Of a DNA stretch of 64,000 nucleotides, positions 9,137 to 18,424 are shown in pieces. A program made the position numbers and the translations under genes. Numbering within the stretch: the stretch's first letter is position 1; the number at the start of each line of letters is the position of its first letter. The stretch lies in NCBI GenBank assembly GCA_947459245.1, contig CANHCV010000004.1:12893-76892 (forward strand), written 5' to 3'. The notes beneath the pieces were generated by a model, which was not told the DNA's origin, did not search any database, and worked only from the letters and a program-made list of their open reading frames with translations. The DNA is from Bacteroidota bacterium. Its GTDB lineage: Bacteria; Bacteroidota; Bacteroidia; UBA7662; CANHCV01.

Positions 9137-10528
9137 ATGAGTGTAGTTTCTCAATTTTTAAAAGAATCGGATGGGAAAGCCTTCGATTCGGAACACCGAA
9201 GGAAAATCCAATTCAACATTGGAAAGTACGATCATTCGGTGGATATTGGGAAAGCGCTCATCAAAGATTTGCCGTATTTGCGGAAGAAAACCAACTACAT
9301 CAAGTGGAAATCCATCGAAAATCTTGAAGCCTATTTGCTGGAGTTTGAAAGGAATTTTACTGCTCGAGGAGGAAAAGTAATTTGGGCAAGAAATGCCGAT
9401 GAGGCCAATACGGAAATTTTAAAAATTTTCCAAAAGCATCAAGCCTCCCAAGCAGTAAAATCCAAGTCCATGGTCACCGAGGAAATTCACCTCAATAAAG
9501 CCATGAAAGACCATGGAATTGATGTGCTCGAAACCGATTTGGGAGAGTTCATCGTTCAACTTAGAAATGAAGCCCCCTACCACATCGTAACCCCTGCCAT
9601 GCACCTTTCCAAGGAAGACATTGCGCTTACGTTTCACGAAAAGTTTGGCCTCCCCATCAATTCTACCCCACAAGAAATTGCGGCTTTTGCACGCAAAATT
9701 CTACGCGATAAATACCTGGAGTCGGCCATTGGAATTACAGGAGTGAATTTTCTGTTGGCCAAAGAAGGTGGCATGGCCATGACCGAAAATGAAGGCAATG
9801 GCCGGTTGTCGTTCGGTTACCCCAAAGTTCACATTGCCATTGCAGGAATTGAGAAGATTATTCCTTCCATGAATGATTTGAACCTATTTTGGCCCATGCT
9901 GGGTATTCATGGAACGGGCCAATTCGTAACGGTTTATAATTCTCTGGTGTTTGGCCCGAAACAAAGCAAAGAGTCCGACGGACCTGAAGAAATGTACGTT
10001 ATTCTTCTCGATAATGGTCGTACGGAAATCTTAGCAAAACCCGAAGCCCGTCAATCCTTGTATTGCATTCGCTGTGGTGCATGTCTCAATGCCTGTCCGG
10101 TTTACAAAAACATCGGTGGACACACGTATGGCACCACCTATGCAGGACCCATCGGGGCCGTTATTTCTCCTCACTTGAATGGAATGAAAGAAGCAGGGCA
10201 CCTCAGTTATGCTTCTTCTTTGTGCGGAAATTGCACGGAGGTTTGTCCCGTAAACATCGAATTGCACAAAATTTTACTAACCAACCGGAAAGAATACGTT
10301 GAAAATCAGTTTTCTACTTCAACGGAACGACTTACTTGGAAAATTTGGAAGAAAGCCATGTTGAATCGTTCATGGATGAATCAAGGTTCTGCCTCGGTGA
10401 AAAATTTTGTTTTTCGCCACCTCGCCAAATCCGTTTGGGGAAACCGACGGAGTCCCATTCATTTTGCTGAAATGTCTTTTCACGAATTATGGAAAGCAGA
10501 ACGCGGATTTCAGGACGAAAACTCCTGA
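9137..10528 (+). CDS. lutB: LutB/LldF family L-lactate oxidation Fe-S protein
   Basis: KSKSMVTEE and ETDLGE motifs; CIRCGACLNACP and SSLCGNCTEVCP ferredoxin-type motifs. Confidence 0.9.
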   Translation: MSVVSQFLKESDGKAFDSEHRRKIQFNIGKYDHSVDIGKALIKDLPYLRKKTNYIKWKSIENLEAYLLEFERNFTARGGKVIWARNADEANTEILKIFQKHQASQAVKSKSMVTEEIHLNKAMKDHGIDVLETDLGEFIVQLRNEAPYHIVTPAMHLSKEDIALTFHEKFGLPINSTPQEIAAFARKILRDKYLESAIGITGVNFLLAKEGGMAMTENEGNGRLSFGYPKVHIAIAGIEKIIPSMNDLNLFWPMLGIHGTGQFVTVYNSLVFGPKQSKESDGPEEMYVILLDNGRTEILAKPEARQSLYCIRCGACLNACPVYKNIGGHTYGTTYAGPIGAVISPHLNGMKEAGHLSYASSLCGNCTEVCPVNIELHKILLTNRKEYVENQFSTSTERLTWKIWKKAMLNRSWMNQGSASVKNFVFRHLAKSVWGNRRSPIHFAEMSFHELWKAERGFQDENS

Positions 10529-11616
10529 CGAATTTGCGCAGAATGCTCCCCTAATCGTGGAGGTTCAGCTAATGGAATTTCTTTCTGCAAGGGTCCTCTC
10601 CAATGGATAAAATCTCCCGATTTTTGAATAAACGCTGCTACTTTCGAATCTGTTAATGCCTCGGAAACGGTCATTACCGGTGCGATGGGTAATTTTTTAG
10701 AATGAAGTAATTGGATCCATTCTTCTCTGTTTTTTTTAGAAAAGAGATTTTGAAGCAACGCATGAATGTCGTTTCGGTTTTTTACCCGATTGGCGTTGCT
10801 GATCCAATGTTCGGGAAGCGCAAATCCAAGAATGTCTGAAAGAAGTTGAAATTGATGGTCGGAACCGATGGCAATAACAAAAGGTTGTTGCTTGGAATCT
10901 CTGAAAATGGAACCGTAAGGAACGATATTGGGGTGTTCAGACCCCATGGGTTGCGGGTTGAATCCGGCATTGAGCCAAGCGGATGCTTGATTGGTAAGGG
11001 ATTGAAGGGCGACCTCCCAAAGGGAAACATCTACTGTATTTCCCATGGAATTCGTAGTGCGATCTAAGAACGCCAACAACGTTTTTTGAATCAGGTGATG
11101 CCCTGCAAGAACATCAATCAAAGCCACGGGCATTTTGTGGAAATCGGCGGTTGAATTACCGTTGATGTACATGAATCCACTTTCGGCCTGCAATAGCGCA
11201 TCGTAACCAACTCTTTGATCGTTTTTTCCGTATGCAGAAATGTTGGCGACAATAGCTTTGGGGTTGATATCGTGAAGGTGTTGCGGGGTAAGCCCAAATT
11301 TGGTTTCATCGCCCGGTTTGAAAGAAGAAATGATTAAATCGGATTGGGCGATGATGTTTTGTAAAATGGATTTATCCTGATCGGAAGAATAATCAAAAAC
11401 GACCGATTCTTTTCCCGCATTGATCCAGGAGAAGTAACTGGGCCGATCGTTGTTCGGGTCTTCGGTAGGTAATTTCCAAGTTCGTGTAACATCGCCTTGT
11501 TGACTTTCTACCTTGATGACCCGGGCCCCGAGTTGCGCATAAAAATACCCCACCGAAGGGCCGGCTAACACATTGGCCAATTCCAAAACGGTAATGGACG
11601 ACCAATCAAATCCCAT
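10510..11616 (-). CDS. CaiB/BaiF family III CoA-transferase
   Basis: VLAGP, LGARVIKVE, NAGKES and GYDALLQAESG motifs; TAATG overlap with udk. Confidence 0.9.
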   Translation of the reverse strand: MGFDWSSITVLELANVLAGPSVGYFYAQLGARVIKVESQQGDVTRTWKLPTEDPNNDRPSYFSWINAGKESVVFDYSSDQDKSILQNIIAQSDLIISSFKPGDETKFGLTPQHLHDINPKAIVANISAYGKNDQRVGYDALLQAESGFMYINGNSTADFHKMPVALIDVLAGHHLIQKTLLAFLDRTTNSMGNTVDVSLWEVALQSLTNQASAWLNAGFNPQPMGSEHPNIVPYGSIFRDSKQQPFVIAIGSDHQFQLLSDILGFALPEHWISNANRVKNRNDIHALLQNLFSKKNREEWIQLLHSKKLPIAPVMTVSEALTDSKVAAFIQKSGDFIHWRGPLQKEIPLAEPPRLGEHSAQIRQEFSS

Positions 11617-12239
11617 TATCCGCGGTTGAGGTGAGCAGTGAGATGGTCGATGACCATTTGAAGGCACAAATCGTAGCTTTTGATGTTGTGAATAACCAAG
11701 TCTGCTTCATATTTGTACGGTTCTAGGAATTCTTTGTAACTGGGTAAAACATGATTGTTCCATTGGTACACCAACCAATCGGCTTCCAATCCTCGTTCGG
11801 CTTGGTCTCTTTTCAATCGTCTTTCCCACATTACTTCCTCGGTAGAATCGATGTAAATTTTCAGGTCGAGATTGTTCCGAATTTCTTCATTGTGGAAAAT
11901 GAACAGCCCCTCCATGATGATGATGGGAGAAGGTTCGACCACGATGGTTTTGGGTTCAGCATCTTTATTGTTGAAGGTATATTCCAAATAGGAAACTTGT
12001 TGTCCAGACCTAATGGAATTCAAGTCGTTTTGGAAGCGAACCATGTCGATGCTTTCCGGCAAATCGAAATGCGGGTGACCTTCGGGATCCCGGGGTTGGA
12101 AATCCAATGGTTTGTAATAATTATCTTGGGAAATCACCGAAAGGTCTTTCCCTGAGAAAATATCTCTTAAGCGGTGCACAAAAGAGGTTTTTCCCGATGC
12201 ACTGCACCCTGTAATACCGATGATATAAGGTCTTTTCAT
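11616..12239 (-). CDS. udk: Uridine kinase
   Basis: GITGCSASGKT, QDNYY, FDLPES and RRLKRD..ERG motifs. Confidence 0.85.
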   Translation of the reverse strand: MKRPYIIGITGCSASGKTSFVHRLRDIFSGKDLSVISQDNYYKPLDFQPRDPEGHPHFDLPESIDMVRFQNDLNSIRSGQQVSYLEYTFNNKDAEPKTIVVEPSPIIIMEGLFIFHNEEIRNNLDLKIYIDSTEEVMWERRLKRDQAERGLEADWLVYQWNNHVLPSYKEFLEPYKYEADLVIHNIKSYDLCLQMVIDHLTAHLNRG

Positions 12240-12241
12240 AC

Positions 12242-12269
12242 AAAAAAAAAGCTCCCTCACTGAGGAAGC
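12242..12269 (-). terminator. Intrinsic terminator
   Basis: Minus strand reads GCTTCCTC-AGT-GAGGGAGC followed by T9. Confidence 0.7.
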
Positions 12270-12290
12270 CTTGAATTTCTTTCTAACAGA

Positions 12291-12506
12291 TTATTTGTTG
12301 TTTTTCTCTTTGATGCTTTTGTATGCGCCTTGTGCAATAAAATAGCTAGCAGCAAATCCCAAAACCATGATAATCAACGGCCAAGTGTAATTTCCATTGT
12401 AGCTCTGCTGGAAATATTTTTGGGGATCCATGGCTGTTAAAACGATGAACGTTAAAATTGAGATGCAGGTAATGATGGTGACAATCCAAGGAGTTGAAGT
12501 TTTCAT
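12291..12506 (-). CDS. Small two-TM hypothetical protein (71 aa)
   Basis: Two hydrophobic segments and a Lys-rich tail; own -7 element (12521-12528) and terminator. Confidence 0.8.
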   Translation of the reverse strand: MKTSTPWIVTIITCISILTFIVLTAMDPQKYFQQSYNGNYTWPLIIMVLGFAASYFIAQGAYKSIKEKNNK

Positions 12507-12539
12507 TGGTATTTTTTTTACAAAAATAAGGAAGAAAAG

Positions 12540-13994
12540 TTACGTTGCAAGGCTTTTTTTGCTACCCATCCACAATCCCAAGAAGGTTATTGCGGCATTG
12601 ATCAGTAAAATTTCATAACCAAATTGGTAGCCGCCCAACAGATTGAGTTTTTTCGCTAAAACATCGGAGAGTAAATAACAAATTCCGGGACTTAAAATGG
12701 CCATAATGGGGGCGAAAATGGGCGAAAGGACTCGCTTTGTGAAAATTCCAAACGCGAATAAACCCAAAAGTGGACCGTAGGTAAATCCAGCAATTTTAAT
12801 GATCAAATCAATGATGGTTTTGTTGTCGATTTGATAAAACACCAACAAACAAACAAAGAACAATGCCGTGAATCCCAAATGAACCCATCTGCGGATTTTG
12901 GTTTTCTTTTCCTCGGTGTAATTTTTATGATTGAATTGCAATAGATCGATGCAAAAGGAAGCGGTTAGAGCGGTAATGGCGCCGTCGGCGCTTGGGAATA
13001 GTGCCGACACCAAAGCCACCAAGAAAATCAATCCGAAAATAGGTGGCAAATGCTGAAGAGCAACCGTTGGGAAAAGGGTATCTCCGCTGGCGCTGATGCC
13101 CAATTCGGTTCCGTAAATGGTTAAAATGGCACCTAAAAAAACAAAAAGAAAATTGACAAACAAAAGGGTAGAGGCAAAAACCAACATGTTCTTTTGAGAG
13201 TCCTTCAATGTTCTAACTGAAATGTTTTTTTGCATCATCTCTTGGTCCAAACCGGTCATGGCTATGGTGGTAAAGAATCCACCCAACAAGTGTTTTACCC
13301 AAAAAGAAGGGGTGTGATAATCGGTATTGATCCAAAAATCTAAATGAACAGATTTAATTTGATCCCAAACGGGAGCCGGGTTGTTCAGTTCACCGCTCAC
13401 AAAAAGGGTACATGCTACCAAACCAAGAAGCATTAACGAGGTTTGAAGCGTATCGGTCCAAACAATGGTTTTTACACCGCCTTTAAAAGTGTAGGCCAAA
13501 ATCATGAGCAGAATGATGATGGAAGTTGCTGCAAAATGCAATCCTAAATCGTTGAAAATGAATGTTTGGAGAATAGCGATCACCAAATAAAGTCGAGCGG
13601 TGGCTCCCAAAGTTCGGCTGATGATGAATACGGTTGCCCCGGTTTGGTAAGGCAGTGTTCCGAAGCGTTCTTTAAGGTAATGGTAAATGCTGGTAACATT
13701 CAATCGATAATACAGGGGCAACAAAATGTAGGCTACTGCAAAGTACCCAAGAAAGAAACCCAAAACCACCATCATGTAGGTGAAACCTCCTTTGGCAACT
13801 CCACCGGGGACCGAAACGAAGGTTACCCCACTAAGGGAGGTGCCAATCATTCCGAATGCAACCAGCCACCACGATGAATTTTTATTCCCAACAAAATAGC
13901 CCTGATTGTCGGTCCCTTTGGCCGTTCGAAGGCTTACCCAAAAGAGGACCAGGAAATAAATTCCTAAAACCGAGGCTAGCAATAAGGGATTCAT
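12540..13994 (-). CDS. Sodium:solute symporter (SSS family)
   Basis: YFVGNK, SLSGVTFVSVPG, GGVKTIVWTD and DQEMMQK motifs; about 13 TM segments. Confidence 0.92.
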   Translation of the reverse strand: MNPLLLASVLGIYFLVLFWVSLRTAKGTDNQGYFVGNKNSSWWLVAFGMIGTSLSGVTFVSVPGGVAKGGFTYMMVVLGFFLGYFAVAYILLPLYYRLNVTSIYHYLKERFGTLPYQTGATVFIISRTLGATARLYLVIAILQTFIFNDLGLHFAATSIIILLMILAYTFKGGVKTIVWTDTLQTSLMLLGLVACTLFVSGELNNPAPVWDQIKSVHLDFWINTDYHTPSFWVKHLLGGFFTTIAMTGLDQEMMQKNISVRTLKDSQKNMLVFASTLLFVNFLFVFLGAILTIYGTELGISASGDTLFPTVALQHLPPIFGLIFLVALVSALFPSADGAITALTASFCIDLLQFNHKNYTEEKKTKIRRWVHLGFTALFFVCLLVFYQIDNKTIIDLIIKIAGFTYGPLLGLFAFGIFTKRVLSPIFAPIMAILSPGICYLLSDVLAKKLNLLGGYQFGYEILLINAAITFLGLWMGSKKSLAT

Positions 13995-15934
13995 CCGATT
14001 TGGAGAAATTGGGACATTTTTTGAGCAACTTTTTCTGGGGTAAATCCGAAATAATCGGCCAAAACGTTGCCAGGTGCTGAAGCTCCAAAAGTATCAAGGC
14101 CGATGTTCAAGCCGTTCATGCCAGTAAACTTCTGCCATCCCAAGGTGCAGCCCGCTTCAATCGAAATTCTTTTCGAAGTGGTTGGAGACAGGATTTCGTT
14201 GCGGTATGCTTCATCCTGTTCCCAGAACAGCTCCCAACAAGGGATGGAAACCACTCGAATATTTCCAGAGAAATCTAACTTTTGGGCCGCCTCAATGGCT
14301 ACGTGAACTTCCGAACCGGTTGCAAAAACAATGGCATCGGCAGGTAGCCCGGGTTTTGTTTCAAACTTGATGAATGCTCCTTTTTCAATGGCAACGGAAC
14401 CTTCCAAAGTGGGCACGTTTTGACGCGTTAAAGCGATTAAACTTGGCCGATGGGTTTCTTTGAAATATTGGTTCATGCAGGCCAAGGTTTCGCGTGCATC
14501 CGCTGGTCGGAAAACCAATAAATTGGGAATGGCACGCAAACTCATCAAGTGTTCGATGGGTTGGTGGGTGGGGCCATCTTCTCCAACAAAAAACGAATCG
14601 TGAGTAAATACATGCAAGGTTTGAATTTCTTGAATGCCACTCATGCGGATAGCATTTCGAGAGTAATCGGCAAAAGTTAAAAATGTTGCTCCAAATGAAT
14701 GCATTCCGCCATAAAGCGACATTCCGTTTTGAATGCAAGCCATGGAAAATTCACGAACTCCGAAAGCAATGTTTCGGCCCAATCGATTTTCTTTGGAGAA
14801 TTCACCCACTTTTTTAGCAAATCCCTCCGTATTGTTTGACGGTTCTAGATCGGCCGATCCACCCATCAAATTGGGCGCAACATCGGCGGCTTGTTCCAAA
14901 ACCATACCAAACGCTTTTCGGGTTGCCATGCTTTCGCCAACGGGAAAGTCCACTTTCATTTCAGGTACAGCCGAGAAAAGGGAGGCAACTTTAGGTTGAT
15001 TTTGATGTGCTTGAATCCAGCGCTCTGCTTCTTCGTTGAAAACATTGAAATGGGTAGAGAAGCGCTGGTAAGTTGATTCCGATACTTGGAAGAATTTTTC
15101 CGGATCCAATCCTAATTTGGATTTGGTTGCTGCAATTTCTTCCGGTTTTAGGGGTTCCCCGTGGGTTTTGTGCGATCCTTCCATGGATGCAGTTCCCTTT
15201 GCAATGGTGGTATTCCCGATGATCAATAAGGGCTGAGTTCGTGGAGTTTGGGCATGATCCAAACAAGCACGAATGGCCGCATGATCGTGACCATCAATGG
15301 TTCGAACTTCCCAGCCAATAGCTTGAAACAGTAATTCGAAATTGGTGGAATCTGATCTTGATGTTTTTCCCGAAATTTGAATGTCGTTTTTATCGTAAAA
15401 AACGACCAAATTGTCCAACGCCTGGTGTCCGGCAATCGCGGCAGTCCCGATGGCTACGCTTTCTTGAAGGTCTCCATCACCCACCAAAACGTACACCTTG
15501 TTTTTAAGAATTTCAGAACCTAAAACCGCTTCTTGATGCTTTTCAGCCATGGCCATACCAACTGCCATGGAAATGCCTTGGCCCAATGGCCCCGTAGTGG
15601 CTTCAACACCGGGAGTGAGGTGAACTTCGGGGTGTCCGGGAGTTAAACTTCCCAACTGTCGGAAATTCTGAATTTCCTTCATTTCCAACAAACCCATCAA
15701 GTGCAACATGGAATATTGAAGCATGGATTCATGTCCTGCCGAAAGGATAAATCGATCTCGGTTATGCCATTTTGGATATTTTGGAGCAAATCGCAAATAA
15801 TCCATGTGGAGGATGCTCACAAAATCGGCGGAGGAAAAGGCCCCACCGGGGTGTCCGGAATTGGCGCTACGGGTGGCGTCCATGATCAATCCTTTTACTT
15901 CATTGATCACTTGAAAATCGATGGAATTCGACAT
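13991..15934 (-). CDS. tkt: Transketolase (single chain)
   Basis: SGHPG, RDRFILSAGH, TTGPLGQG, GDGD..E, FGVREF and GEDGPTHQP motifs. Confidence 0.96.
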   Translation of the reverse strand: MSNSIDFQVINEVKGLIMDATRSANSGHPGGAFSSADFVSILHMDYLRFAPKYPKWHNRDRFILSAGHESMLQYSMLHLMGLLEMKEIQNFRQLGSLTPGHPEVHLTPGVEATTGPLGQGISMAVGMAMAEKHQEAVLGSEILKNKVYVLVGDGDLQESVAIGTAAIAGHQALDNLVVFYDKNDIQISGKTSRSDSTNFELLFQAIGWEVRTIDGHDHAAIRACLDHAQTPRTQPLLIIGNTTIAKGTASMEGSHKTHGEPLKPEEIAATKSKLGLDPEKFFQVSESTYQRFSTHFNVFNEEAERWIQAHQNQPKVASLFSAVPEMKVDFPVGESMATRKAFGMVLEQAADVAPNLMGGSADLEPSNNTEGFAKKVGEFSKENRLGRNIAFGVREFSMACIQNGMSLYGGMHSFGATFLTFADYSRNAIRMSGIQEIQTLHVFTHDSFFVGEDGPTHQPIEHLMSLRAIPNLLVFRPADARETLACMNQYFKETHRPSLIALTRQNVPTLEGSVAIEKGAFIKFETKPGLPADAIVFATGSEVHVAIEAAQKLDFSGNIRVVSIPCWELFWEQDEAYRNEILSPTTSKRISIEAGCTLGWQKFTGMNGLNIGLDTFGASAPGNVLADYFGFTPEKVAQKMSQFLQIG

Positions 15935-15952
15935 GGAAAAGGGAATTTTTTG

Positions 15953-15960
15953 CAAAGGTA
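15953..15960 (-). promoter_or_regulatory. -7 promoter element of tkt (TACCTTTG)
   Basis: Exact TAnnTTTG match upstream of the MSNSID start. Confidence 0.55.
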
Positions 15961-15982
15961 AGGGGAAAAGCTTTTTCCCTTT

Positions 15983-16591
15983 TCACTCGTTGTTCACAAC
16001 CCACTTTTGAGGGATGATTCGCTTCCAAATTTCTGCCACCAAAATACCGATGAATGACCCAACAACAACATCCATTGGAAAATGTTGTGCAAGGAAAATT
16101 CGAGAAAATCCTACCAATGAAGCTAAAATTAGTAAAAAGAGGGTAGCTGATTTTGAAGGGACAAAAGAGGTTAATAGATAAAAAAAAGCGAATGCCCCAA
16201 TGGTGTGTCCGGAAGGGAAGGAATGATGAAGATGAACTTCAACATGCTGCGGCAATTGAATCGCCCGATGCATTTTTTCGAAATGCAATTTTGGACGATC
16301 GCTTTCGGGGAAAACAACCCTTTTGAAAAACTGTCCAACCAACCCCGCAACCGAAGGTGCAAGTCCCAAGAACAATCCTTGTTTCCAGCCTTTCCAAAAC
16401 ATCACGAGGATGGAAAGGATTCCAATCAACCAACCTTCGCCCAAAAAAGTAATCCATTTCCAAAATTCGGGAATGGGGGAGAAGAGGTGATTGAAATAAA
16501 GAAAAACCGACTCGTTCCCCCAGGTAATGAGGGCAAGTAACCACAAGGCAAACCAAGCAGTCAAGAAAATTGAAACGCTTTTTTGGTGCAT
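15983..16591 (-). CDS. PAP2 family phosphatase
   Basis: K-x7-RP, SFPSGH and SRIFLAQHF..D motifs. Confidence 0.92.
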   Translation of the reverse strand: MHQKSVSIFLTAWFALWLLALITWGNESVFLYFNHLFSPIPEFWKWITFLGEGWLIGILSILVMFWKGWKQGLFLGLAPSVAGLVGQFFKRVVFPESDRPKLHFEKMHRAIQLPQHVEVHLHHSFPSGHTIGAFAFFYLLTSFVPSKSATLFLLILASLVGFSRIFLAQHFPMDVVVGSFIGILVAEIWKRIIPQKWVVNNE

Positions 16592-16596
16592 TGAAG

Positions 16597-16614
16597 CAAA
16601 TGTAGTTACTTTTG
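16597..16614. promoter_or_regulatory. Back-to-back divergent -7 elements
   Basis: TACATTTG on the minus strand (16597-16604) and TACTTTTG on the plus strand (16607-16614). Confidence 0.6.
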
Positions 16615-16628
16615 TTCAAAACCTAATT

Positions 16629-17117
16629 TTGAGAACCCTCTATTTAATGCGTCACGGACAAGCCCTTTCTGCAGAAATGGGTCAGGCCGACTTTTCTCGG
16701 AAACTATCGGAGAAGGGGGAAGCAGATATTGCGCACGAAGCTCAAATATTACTTGAAAAAGCCATTCAGTTTGATTTGGTTCTGTGTTCACCCACAGAGC
16801 GCACCCAAAAAACTGCAGGAATTTTAGTTCATGGAATGGGTTTAAAACATGAAATCATTGAATTTGAAACACGATTGGTGAATGCATCTCCAGATCAAAT
16901 ATTCTTTTGCATCATGGAGGCCAATCCAGAAGCCAACCATCTGTTGGTTGTTGCTCACAATCCTGGAATATCCAATTTGGCTGGGATGTTGAGCACCCAA
17001 ACCCCAATTCTTTCTTTTCAACCCGGTGGAATTGCCGCCTTTCGCTATCCTGAAGCTCGTTCGTGGATGGAGGCGGCACAGCAAGAACCCGATTTTCTTT
17101 GGTACGTACAGCCCTAA
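16629..17117 (+). CDS. sixA: SixA-like histidine phosphatase
   Basis: LYLMRHG, SP..RT.KTA and VAHNP motifs; probable TTG start. Confidence 0.85.
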   Translation: MRTLYLMRHGQALSAEMGQADFSRKLSEKGEADIAHEAQILLEKAIQFDLVLCSPTERTQKTAGILVHGMGLKHEIIEFETRLVNASPDQIFFCIMEANPEANHLLVVAHNPGISNLAGMLSTQTPILSFQPGGIAAFRYPEARSWMEAAQQEPDFLWYVQP

Positions 17118-17125
17118 TTTGATAA

Positions 17126-18223
17126 ATGTTTACAGTGAATAAGCCCGATTTTTACCACGCCGATTGCCGACACTTGCGCGGTGACCTTCCTTGCAAGCCT
17201 CATAAAAAAACAGGAGCTCATTGCGGCAATTGTGGCGATTACGATCCCGTTTCTCAACGCATATTGATCATCAAGCTTGGCGCATTGGGCGATGTTATTC
17301 GGACAACGCCACTGGTAACACGGATGCGGCAGCGGTATCCTGGTTGTAAAATCACTTGGCTCACGTTAAGTCCCGCCATTTTACCTTCTTCAGAAATTGA
17401 AGAGATCTTGCCTTTTGAATTGAAATCCATCGTTTATTTGGAAGGATGCCATTTCGATGTGGCCATCAATTTGGATAAAGACAAGGAGGCTGGCTCTCTT
17501 TTGAAACGCATTTCAGCCGACCAGAAATTTGGGTTCATCTTAGAAAAAAATGTTGTTCAACCCATTGATTCTAAGGCTTACCACAAATACCACACGGGTT
17601 TGTTCGATGATGTAAGCAAAGCCAATACCCTCAGTTATTGCGAGGAGATTTTCGCCATTTGCGGATTGGAATATGCAGGAGAAAAGTATTTGCTCGATAA
17701 TCATTCCGACAAAGGGTACGAATGGCCAAGTTTAACCGTGGGGAAACCCATTGTTGGATTGAATACCGGAGTTGGGGCCCGATGGCCAACCCGACTTTGG
17801 GACAATGAGAATTGGGTGGAGCTATGTCGACAAATTGAAAATGCAGGTTTTCAACCGCTGCTCTTGGGTGGAGAACAAGAACATCCCAATAACGTTGAGT
17901 TGCAAAAGCTAACCGGTGCAATGTATTTGGGGCATTTCTCCCTTCAACAATACATCAATTTAATGAACCAATGCGATGTTGTAGTTACTCAAGTAAGCAT
18001 GTCGATGCACTTGGCGTTGGGTTTGCAGAAAAAAATTGTTCTGATGAATAACATTTTCAATAAGCACGAATTCGATCTTTTTGGAAATGGGTTTCTTGTT
18101 GAGCCTGAGCACGATTGCACCTGTTTTTATGCCGGAACTTGCTCCCAAGGCAAGTCGTGCATGCAGTACTTAAAACCATCAACAGTCTTGGATCGAATAA
18201 AAAAATTGGTTGAAAAGGGTTGA
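17126..18223 (+). CDS. GT9 (heptosyltransferase-like) glycosyltransferase
   Basis: IIKLGALGDVIRTTP, P.R.W and MHLALGL motifs; Cys clusters at both termini. Confidence 0.88.
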   Translation: MFTVNKPDFYHADCRHLRGDLPCKPHKKTGAHCGNCGDYDPVSQRILIIKLGALGDVIRTTPLVTRMRQRYPGCKITWLTLSPAILPSSEIEEILPFELKSIVYLEGCHFDVAINLDKDKEAGSLLKRISADQKFGFILEKNVVQPIDSKAYHKYHTGLFDDVSKANTLSYCEEIFAICGLEYAGEKYLLDNHSDKGYEWPSLTVGKPIVGLNTGVGARWPTRLWDNENWVELCRQIENAGFQPLLLGGEQEHPNNVELQKLTGAMYLGHFSLQQYINLMNQCDVVVTQVSMSMHLALGLQKKIVLMNNIFNKHEFDLFGNGFLVEPEHDCTCFYAGTCSQGKSCMQYLKPSTVLDRIKKLVEKG

Positions 18224-18240
18224 CTTTTATGATTTTTTTT

Positions 18241-18248
18241 TATCTTTG
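18241..18248 (+). promoter_or_regulatory. -7 promoter element of tRNA-Pro (TATCTTTG)
   Basis: Exact TAnnTTTG match 15 nt before the mature tRNA. Confidence 0.65.
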
Positions 18249-18263
18249 CACACCCTAAACGTT

Positions 18264-18337
18264 CGGGGTGTAGCGTAGCCCGGTATCGCGCCTGCTTTGG
18301 GAGCAGGAGGTCGTAGGTTCGAATCCTGCCACCCCGA
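18264..18337 (+). tRNA. tRNA-Pro(TGG)
   Basis: Acceptor stem CGGGGTG/CACCCCG, anticodon arm CCTGC-TTTGGGA-GCAGG, GGTTCGAATCC T-arm; CCA not encoded. Confidence 0.97.
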
Positions 18338-18344
18338 CGAACTT

Positions 18345-18378
18345 AAAAAGTCCTAACTTCGGTTGGGACTTTTTTTTT
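18345..18378 (+). terminator. Intrinsic terminator after the tRNA
   Basis: AGTCCTAAC-TTCG-GTTGGGACT followed by a T tract. Confidence 0.85.
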
Positions 18379-18424
18379 GGCATATTCCATGCAAAAAAGT
18401 AACTTTGTAAGATAACCGGAACCC

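Noticed and set aside
9137-10528. lutB without adjacent lutA and lutC as a novel stand-alone system
   Set aside because: Dispersed lut genes are, to my knowledge, common in Bacteroidota, and the partners may lie outside the window
18264-18424. tRNA-Pro as an integration site for an island
   Set aside because: It is followed directly by a terminator and serS; I saw no integrase and no duplicated tRNA 3' end
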